This document shows positions 38,001 through 47,179 of a stretch of DNA of 64,000 nt, in pieces. Both the position numbers and the translations under genes were made by a program. Every line of letters begins with the position of its first letter. Positions within the stretch are counted from its first letter, which is position 1. The notes below the pieces were generated by a model that saw only the letters and a program-made list of their open reading frames with translations, was not told where the DNA came from and did not search any database. The DNA is from Raillietiella orientalis (Eukaryota). The stretch lies in assembly GCA_036172245.1 (NCBI GenBank), contig JAYWIR010000003.1:5704001-5768000 (forward strand). Reading direction: 5' to 3'.

Positions 38001-38754
38001 GACTACAAATGAAGACTTTGGCGCCCGCCTCTGAGGTGGCGCCAAAATGAAACACACACGCACACGCGGATCGAATCCAGGGATGCGCAGCAAGGTGTCC
38101 AGCGAGAAGGGACCACGACCAACGCACAGGAAGCGCTCTCTCGCTTGCCTCACCTTGCGCGGCACCGCCCCGAAATTCCGTAGGGGAACCAGGGAGTCCC
38201 CAGACACCTGGACCGGAAGCCGAGAGGGAGAGACTGCGCGCCATCAGGCCTCTGCATCGGAAGAGGTGGGAACGAGGCTGGCCAGCTCTCGAGGAGAGGC
38301 GGCCGGGAGTTGCCCGCGGTTCCACCGAGCCATAGAAAGGCATCCGCGGTGGCGGAGTGAGCCACGAGCCGAACTGGACATCGGCGCGCCAATCGAAATC
38401 GGAAGGAGATCCGCGAGGCCTCCATCGGGAGGTGCGCCAACGAGAAAGCGGAATCCAAGCTTCCCCTTCGCCGGGGAGGGAACCGAACGGGAACGGCGCC
38501 TCCGGTCGCTCGACCTACGGTCGCGCACGCCTTCAAAACGTCTGGGCGCCGGCGACTGGCCCGTGGAGCCTCGTTCGGAGCGAGAAGAGCACCAGGGGGA
38601 ACGCCAAGCGACACTGGCTTGCAGCGAGGGGTCAGCGGGAGGGGACCGGTGGCGACGGTTTTTCTGCAATCGACGCGCGCGCCAAAGAGCCGCGGCGGCA
38701 AGCGGCAACCGTCAACAGCGGCGGCAAAGTTTTGTTTTTTTTTTTTCTACTGAC

Positions 38755-39559
38755 CGGGTTTAGGGACGTTCCTCTTGACCTGCATCCACTTGTAGGTGGG
38801 CACGTTCGAGGGGGCCATCGAGGGAGAGCCGCTCCCGTGGAGTGCCGGAGATCCGATGATCATTCCGTTCAGCTGACACGACGCATCCCGAAAGGCGTCG
38901 ATGGGTGTTGCGTACCCGAATCCGAGGTGCGGCCGCGTGGCGAGTGGAGGGTGCGTTTCGAGGTACGCGTACCCCGGGTACGTGGGGGATGCAGCCGAGG
39001 CGGCGGGCACGACATAGCCGGCCTGATGGGGCAGCTCCTGGTGGAAGTCCAGTTCGTGCCTGAAGTTCTGGATCCCGTGTCCTTGGTGACCGGCCAGGTG
39101 CACTGGGTGGTGGTAGGCTCCGATGGCGCTGGCGGCGCTCGCGTACGCCGCCGCGTTGTCCAGGTTGGTATAACTCAGGCCGCCGTCGGAAGGCGCCGCC
39201 GCTGCCGCCGCCGCTGCTGCTGCCGCCGCCGCCGCCGCCGCTGCGGCGTTCGCGTCCGGAGAGGGGGCTGACAGGTGGGCGCCGAGGTGGTGGTGGTGGT
39301 GGTGATGGTGGTGGTGGTGGTCAGCCAGGTGGTGGTGAACCATGGAGTCTGGGTAGCCTCCTTGGTGATGGTGGTGATCGCCGGCCCCGCCGCCTCCGCC
39401 GGCGCCACCGCTCGATCCTGCGGGCGCCTCCCCGCCGTAGTAGGCGTGGGCCTGCAGGTCCGCGTAGTGGTGGTGACCACCTAGCGGGTAGGCGGCCTGA
39501 TCACCGTTGCATATCCCGTAGCTCCTGTCGGCCTTGTTGATGGCAACGCACTCCTGCAT
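38755..39559 (-). CDS. lab: labial/Hox1 homeobox transcription factor, coding exon 1 (268 codons + 1 nt)
   Basis: Begins at the first in-frame ATG (39559, MQECVAINKADRSYGICNGD) after an in-frame TGA at 39616-39614; no minus-strand ATG seen for ~480 nt upstream. Contains a paralogy-group-1-like YxICN motif, His11, Ala18 and the arthropod labial hexapeptide context PTYKWMQVKRNVPKP. Ends at the donor CCCG|GTCAGT (intron starts 38754, phase 1). Confidence 0.93.
39194..39319 (-). repeat. Coding trinucleotide repeats: poly-His (11 codons, 39319-39287) and poly-Ala (18 codons, 39247-39194)
   Basis: CAC/CAT run and GCG/GCA/GCC run read directly in the labial exon 1 frame. Confidence 0.95.
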
Positions 39560-39952
39560 GTGGGAGAACGGGCTGATGGAGCAGATGGAGGGCGCAGCTT
39601 CCTCCGCCACCGCTCAGGTGACGACGGTCGCACCGATGCACGTCTTTGGGCGTCGCTCGCCCGCGTTTTCCGTCTTTCGCACACACGCGCGCGCGGCGCG
39701 CGCAGCTGGGCGTCTCCTCCTCTTCCTCCTCCTCAGCTTCCGCAGCCCTCCTCCTTCCGCTTTCTCGCACTCACTCGTGCACACGCGGGGAAACGCCGCG
39801 CGCACCACCACTCGGGCACACACACGCACCACGCCGGCCGCGCGCCGCCACCGCACACTTCTTCCCGGAGGGGCTGCCGAGCGCACACGGATGAGGATGC
39901 TGGCAGAATGGTCGGCGGCAACGGATCAGGCGCGAACTCGGCTCCGCTGCGA

Positions 39953-39982
39953 GTCACGTGGGCTCTGCGAGTGCGCCAATCA
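39953..39982. promoter_or_regulatory. Candidate labial proximal promoter motifs: E-box GTCACGTG and CCAAT box
   Basis: GTCACGTG at 39953-39960 and CCAATCA at 39976-39982, ~400 bp upstream of the ATG in CpG-rich sequence; Inr-like CCATTC on the minus strand at 39911-39906. Motif match only. Confidence 0.4.
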
Positions 39983-40809
39983 CCGGCCGCCAACCCCGAC
40001 GGAGAGCAGCCGGACCTGCGCCTGCCCGACCGGCGACACCGCCCATCGCCGTCTCTTCCCCGTCCGTTCCGCCCGCTGCGGCTCGCCCTGCGCGCTCTCC
40101 TCAGGAGCGGGGAAAGGAAGGGAGGGGGAGGGGGGCGGAGAGGGAGAGTCCGTGACGACGGCGATACCCGCCTCCCCCTTTCCTCCCTCCCCGCTCTCTC
40201 CCTGCTCCCTCCGGCTCTGCCTTCCTTTCGCGAACGCGTCCGCCCGCCAGCGAGCGAGGCTTCGCCGCAGCCCGGGAGCCTGCGCAATCGCCCGGAACAG
40301 GACAGGACGCGCTTGTTCCCAGGAGCGGAAAAAGGGAGCCAGACGCGGACCGGAAGCGCAGCCGAGGGGGGGAAGGGAGGATGCGCACTCGAGGGCGGCT
40401 CTAGAAGCGATCGTGCCTACTTTCTCCTCCACTTCCTCTTTTCTTCTTCTTCTCCTCTTCTCCCAGTTGGTGCTTCTGGAGGTGGGAAGAGAGGGAGAGG
40501 TCTTGAAAGGCGCAGGGAATAAAAGGGAGCCGCTTCGAGAGAACTTGGATTCCGAAGGCTTCTGGTGAAGGGGGGGGGGGGGTGAAGAGGGGCGATGTCA
40601 AGGAGAAGCTCTCCCCCTTCCCCTTCGTTTCCTACTCTTCTCCAGGAACGGGAGCAGGGGTATGCGCAGCCGATTCCCGGAATTCTCCCTCAACAGGGAG
40701 GGACTCTGACCCCCGTCGTCGCCCCGCTAGGGTCTTTGGGAAAGTCGCTCTGCATACTCGCCTACTCTTCTTACTTCTTCTCTGCTGCTGCCTTACCCTC
40801 TCTCCCTCC

Positions 40810-41400
40810 TCAGGGATGAGTGCGCTGCCTCGGAACCCGTCTGCCACTCGTTGCGAGGTCATCGTTGCCACCTCCCTGGAGACCCTCGCCCCACGAGAGG
40901 AAGGCAGCCCCTCCCTACGCCCGGCCAACAGGACACCGCCGGGGACATCGGGGTTTGCAGAGAGTGTTCGGAAGGGGAAGAGCAGCTACCGACCCAGAGG
41001 CACTCTCGTCTTCATCCTGGGCACTGGACGGCTTCCTGATGTACGTTCACGGCTGGGTGTTTTCCCGGGGAAAGGTGCCGTTCTTCCCGGGAGATGGTTT
41101 CCGATACGGATGCTGCTTGCTGCTCATCCGTCCCGCTCCTCCCTTTCCCTCCTTCTTAGCCTGGAACAAGGGAAGGAGCACAACGAAGAAACGAAGGGAG
41201 CCGAAGATCCAGCGAGGCATCGGCGCCGTCTCCCGGGTACGCAGCATCCAAGGGTTCGAGACCTCTGCGAGGAACACCGCGCTCACTCCCAGCTTGGGAG
41301 AAAGCTGCTGATGCTGCTGCACAGGATGACCATCGCCGGGCTGATTCTCTTCCACGTTTGGACCTCTCCGGCGAGAGGCAGCGACCTCCAACCCGACCTC
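40810..41400 (-). mobile_element. LINE APE endonuclease fragment (CR1/L2-group-like) with a possible 2A-like leader
   Basis: SLPLAGEVQT then MVILCSSISSF (~41385-41300), LDA/RET (~41250-41228), KEGKGGAG (~41155), YIRKPSS (~41043), LSANPDVPG (~40965) and SQRV...RGSAL (~40855-40820). Confidence 0.5.
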
Positions 41401-41749
41401 CGGGTGGATACCCACAACAACAAAGAAAGACACGATGTAACTCAACCGGCCGACTCCTACTCGCTGATGGGATGAACTCCCCGAAAACATCTTTGCGGCA
41501 TCCCATCCCTTCATACAGGACCCGGGAGGAGCGAGCGGCTCACACCCGGTGTCCGCCAACGTCGCTCCCTCGGGTCGCCCCGCTGCGCTCTGGAACACAT
41601 CTTGCTCTCTCCTCCCCACTCCGATCCACGGCTCCTATCCCAGGAAATCGAATCTCCCGGTCGGTTGCTGAGCTGAAGGCGATGCGGAACGAAGAATCGC
41701 AGCGGTCCCTCATCGACAGCCGGCGGCGATCCGGGGCGAAACGGGCGGA

Positions 41750-44360
41750 AGGGCAGCAGGAGACCTTGCCACGGCCTCTCTGGTCGAGACATTCTCCTGT
41801 GGAGAGCTCCAGCAGAAGAGACAGAGACCAGTGATCATCAGACGCGCGGAAATGGCAGCCAGGATCGGTCCAGTCACCATCCGCAACCAGTCGGAGATGC
41901 AGGCGCGTTTAGCAGAAGCGCTCGCACAAGCGCAAAGAAACCATGGAAATCGCCAAGCCGCTCCTCTTAGCTGTGACGCGCGACATGTTACATAGGACCG
42001 TCTCCTGCGGGTGTGACCTCTGCCCCGGAGGGAGTAGCTGCTCATCCCGCACGGAAGTCATCCCGAACTTCCTCTCTGATGTCCCGCGCTTGAGGCAGGG
42101 GTCCTTCCATCACCGGACCGGGCGCGAATACTCGGTATCCAGGAGTCCGAGCAGAGTGTCCTTCCTCCGATGGACACGCCCTCCCGCTGAAACGGAAGAG
42201 CCCGCGCGAGGCCTCCGAGCCCCTAGGGAGTTCAACCATCTGAGCTGCATCCGAGAGACCCAGTCTCTTCCCTGCTTCCCCTCCCCCCTTCACTCCAGTC
42301 CACTGTTCCCACTGGGTTTCTCCCCGTCGGCTCTTCGATGCGTCGCCACCGACCTGCCTTGAATTCCTCCCTTCCCTCCCCCGTACGGTTGTCGATCACC
42401 TGACCTCTGGGTCAGGCAGGTCTCGGGAGCGGTCGAAGATCCCCACCAAGACGCTCGGGTGGAGTCCCCCTTCACAGTCCGGACACGCGCGAGCTTTCCG
42501 CGCCTGCAGGCAGGGTCGCGCTGCCGCTTTGAGTACACGAAGCGGCAGGGAGGCTCCAGGTTAGTCGTCTGGAAGATCCCGGGAACCACGAAACCTCTGG
42601 GAAACTACACTTTGATCTTAGCCAAAAGACCGAGAAGCGAGAAAGCAGGGCGTTCGAGCTCGCAGAGAGCTCAGGAACTCCCTCGAGTCCTTGACCATTT
42701 TTCCTCCCGGAGTATGTGCTGACCTCCCCCACTTGGAAGCCATCGGCGGCCCTTCTCCCAGCAGGATCTCGACTGGACGGACATTGCCCGCTCCCCCCGG
42801 GAATCCGTGCTTCGCACCTCCCTCTGATCGCCACCAAATCTCGCGGAAAGGAGGGAGCCGGGAGTAAGAGGAGACTCGTCGGTGAACCTCATCCCTGCGT
42901 TTCCATGGAGCACGACTCTCAGGCTTCCACGAAACGGTCCTGCTTCCTGGTGCTGAGCTACCACCGCTGAAGGCTCGGTCTCTGGAAGCGGCGATCCTCC
43001 ATTCCTAGACCTTTGGACCAGAGTGCCCAGAGTCACAGTTCGGGAGGAAGCGTTCGCTTCCCCGGCTCCTTTTCCTCCTCTTCTCGAGCACTTACAAGCT
43101 TTCGGGATAAGAGCGGGAAGAGAACAGTTCTTCGTTCTTTCGAAGCGAACCGCGGGATTAAGTTCTTCTGCACATGCCGTCAGTCCTCTGAGGGATCCCT
43201 GTGGAAGATGGAAGCTTCCAATCGTTTTTTTTGCCGGAACGCAATTCCGGGCAATTTCGGGACGTTTCTTTTATGGCGACGACGGAGCCGGAAATTCTTC
43301 CAGAACCCGCAAGCACGGGAAACTCGAGAGTGCCACGTCGAGAGCCCAGCGTCTGGCGTGTCCCCGCCACTCGATCCTTCCAGCGTCGGGGATGTTTTCG
43401 CGGCAGGCGCCCCATTCTCACCGAGGAAGAAGAGAGTCCTCTAGCAGAGGGATTTGTGAGAGTGGGAATTAGCATCACGCCTAAGATCTCCACTGTCTCC
43501 CATTCTTCGAGCTCCCTCTCTTTCCTGTCTTCTCCCCTTCCTCCTGCCAGTCTCTTTCGGCAACCAGCGGGCATCCGCAAAGTCATTTTGGCTTCTCTCC
43601 TGCTTTTTTTTTTTTCTTGCCGGCAGTAGTTCCTTCTGGAGGTAGCCCATTTCGGTTTCGCATTCGGGACCAGAAAATGGCTGCTTCTTCCTCGCATGAT
43701 GCGCCGAGCTGGATGAGCATCGCAACAGGTACCATCGGATCGCGAGGTAAAAGGGCAATCCAGGATGACTCATCCCTATTCTGCAGGAACAAAGATAGCA
43801 TTCCTTTGACTCTGGGAAGCAGCTCCGGATTGCAGCAGATTGCGCTGCGTTTCGGCAGATAGAGAGTCGAGAGGAAGCAGACCTAGCACCTCTAGGAGGA
43901 GGTTACCGGAAACCGATCGAAGTTTTCGGTCGGCCGGTTCTGAAGCTGCTGGACGTCCCCGGAAAGCGACTCGAAAAAGAAGGAACAGTATCTAAAGAAC
44001 GAGCAAAACACCTTGGCCATCCATACCGGGAAGCGTAGGGAATTTCCTGAAATTCCACGGACTACTCCCTACGTTTGTACCTACCTTGTCGCTACTCCCT
44101 TCGCTCCCTATACCATAAGAGTTCAGGAAATCTTGAGACACCGAGCACAGACAAAAGGAAGAGCTGGATCCGTATGGAGGAAGTTGGGTTGTCTTTTGCT
44201 TGGTGTTTCCGGAGCTGAATGCGAACGGAGCCCACCCATATGGGGCCATCTTGACGCCCACCAAATTACAAGAAACAGTTCTGCTTGCGGGGCTGCCGGT
44301 CGTTCGTCTCGCATGGGATTCTTCGGCTGAAGGCGACTCCGGTGCTGCACCAACAACGGC
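41750..44360 (-). mobile_element. Decayed Jockey/I-group LINE ORF2 (APE + RT + C-terminal region)
   Basis: APE: RDER (~44310), GTNVGSSPWN (~44080-44050). RT: LLSARF...RSTD (~42850-42805), HILREEK (~42715), GIFQTTNLEPPCRFVYSK (~42580-42530). C-terminal: LRGR...FPW...WLRMVTGP (ORF 42045-41710). Confidence 0.6.
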
Positions 44361-44624
44361 CAGGAGCGTGTGCTGCCTGCATTGTAGCGGGATCAGCAGC
44401 TTGCAGAGTTACCAGGAAGACTGAAGAGGCAAAAAAACTACGTGGAAGAGAAATCAGTTGACTCCCGTACTTTTGGCGTAGGTGCTCACGCCTGCACGTG
44501 TGAGTGTCGATGTCCTTTGTGCACTCTCCTGGATGCTTGTAGATTGCACTGTTTCGTTCCCGTATGGACAAACGACAAGCCATCGAATACCTTACTCTGG
44601 CCACCTGGCTCGAAGCACGGTATT

Positions 44625-46560
44625 TGATCCGTTGCCATATGGTCTCCGCGGGTGATACAAAGCGTTGCAGGTTCGAATCCCACCCGGGGAAGCGTCGATG
44701 CCGAGAACGGGGGATGCGAGCTTTCCGCTAGCAGGATGACGCTGGTTGGCCCCGATAGGCTCCGGGTGTGGTGGCACTGGTTGACACCCGATCATACCAG
44801 GGCATTTATTTATAAAATAAACATTTATGTCTGTGGCAGGAGGTTTGATCCTGTCACGTTACTAATAACTACAAGGAGGAACCTGCCGGGATCTGGCACG
44901 CAGGCCGGCGAGGTTCGCCTCGATAGGATAGTACAGGGAAATGGGAGACAAACAAAAGGAAAAAAAAATAAAATAAAAACATATAGTCAAATAAATTGGA
45001 GGGTTCGGGAAGGGATCTTTATGTGCTGGAGGGTGTCCTCTGCATCCTTGTAAGGATGCCGGCAATTTCCTGTTCCAAGACCCCCAGATGGAGCCATCGT
45101 GACTCTGTCCTCATGAAGAGTACAGCAAAATAGATGGCATCCCTGTTCTCCTGGCCTCCTCTGATGTTGCTCCGTGCAGCCACGGTCCCGTCGCACGGGC
45201 AGCAAAGTGCTGCTGGGAATGCGGCCGGCGTGAGGGCGTCGCATAGGAAGAGGAGCTTTCAAACGTCTCTGGCGTTGCCTCCGGGGGTTCTCAGGGTCGT
45301 GGCAAAGCGTCGGGAGGCCGGAGAGCAACAGAGTTCACTAGGAGGTGCGGGAGGGATTCCCTCTCCCTGAACCTTGCAGTTTGGGTCCACCCCCTTCTCC
45401 CGTGTCCAGTATGTAGGCGGGCGTTGCACGGGAGGTCCCAGTGCAGCAGCATCAATGCCGACTCCTGACACTTTCAAGGGAGGGTGCGGGTGTTTATAAG
45501 CACCGGGGACCACTGCAGGTCTTTCTCCGGGATACCCAGTAGCACTCCCCAGCGCAAAAGTCCACGAGGTCGAGCACTCGGTGTTGCAGCGTTGGTGAGC
45601 TGGCCCGTTGTCTACTCGCCCAGTCCTCTTCTCCTTCCGGAGATTTCACAGTAACCCTCATATAGCTGTAAGGCTGCGGTCCGTGTGTTCCCTAAGGAAG
45701 GGCAGAGCGGCAGCGAGGAAGGCTTTGCTTGCCTACACACTCTTTACGGGATCTTCCAGGATCTCCCGGAGCGTGCAGTTGTTACGCGCATACAGGAAAC
45801 GGCACTGGTGGAAGCCGGATACCCCCGTTGACTGGCCGGGATCAGAAGTTGATCCTCCGGAGTCCTTTCAAGAACACAAGAGAACCGGTTCCCTTCGGGG
45901 TTACCCTCGAGTCGTGAGAACTGGGTCCCTCCATTGCATACCATGGAGCTGGTCGATACCTCTCCCGGGTCACAGAAGCGCACTGCTCCCTTCGGGGTCC
46001 TCTTCAAAGGAGTAAACAGGGAACGGCTCCTTTTTGGGTTCCCTTCGGAGAAAAAATTAGGTGTTCCCCTCCAAGGGGTCCCTCAGGTGAGAGTAAGGAA
46101 GAGGCGGTTCCCTTCTAAGTTTCCCTACGAAGAGTAAGAGGAACGGTCTCTTTCCTTCCTACGGAGTCTACCGGATTCATAGGGCGGTCTCTCCGGGGAT
46201 TCACCCCTGTAACTTGAAGAGTGATACGCACCCTCGGGTGGCGTGACAATGTTAAAGAGCTTGGTGACCCCTCCCCCATCAAGGAGGTGGACAGTCCTCG
46301 AGTACTTAACGAACCCCAAGGAAGGCATTCGGCATGGTCAGGCGCCTCCGCGTTGAACTCCGGCACGGAGAGCAAGCAGCGATTCAGAACACTCCTGGCG
46401 ACCCAAGCTTAACAGGGAGTCTTTTATCCTTCATTCAACGCAGCAGGTTGCATTTTCTAATGACAGAATTTCATCGTACAATGTATCCTGTCCGTTTCCC
46501 AGTTCTTTGTTCCCAAAAGAATCCTTGTTTTGGATACGGAAGATAAGTCCGTGAGGCAAA
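44625..46560 (+). mobile_element. tRNA-headed retroelement, copy B, interrupted by a nested LINE at ~44793-45800
   Basis: B box GGTTCGAATCC at 44670-44680 with A-box-like TTGCCATATGG upstream. 44640-44792 and 45801-46560 align in order to the reverse complement of ~1285-240. Distal part translates to NLKSDTHPRVA and LTGSLLSF...YPVRFPVLCSQKNPCFGYG (ORF1 pre-zinc-knuckle-like). Confidence 0.75.
44793..45800 (-). mobile_element. 5'-truncated LINE inserted into retroelement copy B
   Basis: This segment is absent from copy A and is flanked by ggcactggttgacacccgat (44773-44792) and ggcactggtggaagccggat (45801-45820), 16/20 identical. Minus strand gives VLDLVDFCAGECYW, VPGAYKHP and RDAIYFAVLF (LINE C-terminal-like) and ends in an AT-rich tail with AATAAA near 44805. 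Confidence 0.6.
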
Positions 46561-47179
46561 TTGGTAAAGGAAGAAGAAAGAACCTATAAGAGATAACGAG
46601 AAATTAAGCAGCGTCAGCCTTAAGTGGATTAGAAGAATTACTCAACATCCGAGCGAGATTCGGCAACGCCCAGCTGCCTCGTTCGTAGGATCAACCACTC
46701 TAGGAAGAAGGAACACGCTCTTTCTTGCATGCATACGCGTCTTATCACACTGCGTACACGTATTCATACACGTACATTTGCGGTGTTCTTTGTCCTGGAA
46801 CGTGCCAACGTGGTGGTCAATTACTCACTGCTTTTTCGGCTCCCTATGAAATTCAGCATGAAATTAATTCTGAGAAATCGGAAGGTTCGTCTTAAAGCTA
46901 CACCTGAGATTCTTTGGCCGCCTATTAAAAGATGTTTGTCCAAGAGGATGATACGCCTCAGATGAGTTGCAAACCGTGGGACGCGGCAGTTCAGTGAGAG
47001 GTGACGCTCCTACGCTCCTTCCAGTCCGTTGGAAAGAGGAAAGGGGCAGACAGGATTGCGTACGATCTCGAGGGACAGCAAGGAACAATTTCCGGGAGCA
47101 TTTCCTGTTCCTGTTTTCCTAAGCCCCGATGACGTTGCGACCACCAGTGTTTCAGTCGTGACCACGCGCCTCTCGGATG

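Larger units (their letters stand above)
10474..38754 (-). other. lab: labial intron between hexapeptide and homeodomain exons (28,281 bp, GT-AG, phase 1)
   Basis: Donor GTCAGT at 38754 and acceptor TTCCAG at 10474 join the exons in frame at the canonical Hox intron position. Intervening micro-exons cannot be excluded without RNA data. Confidence 0.85.

Noticed and set aside
38357..40568. Long plus-strand ORFs (304, 344 and 320 aa) overlapping lab exon 1 and its promoter
   Set aside because: Low-complexity Arg/Ala/Pro/Gly translations with no recognisable domain; expected from stop-poor GC-rich DNA and the antisense shadow of the real exon.
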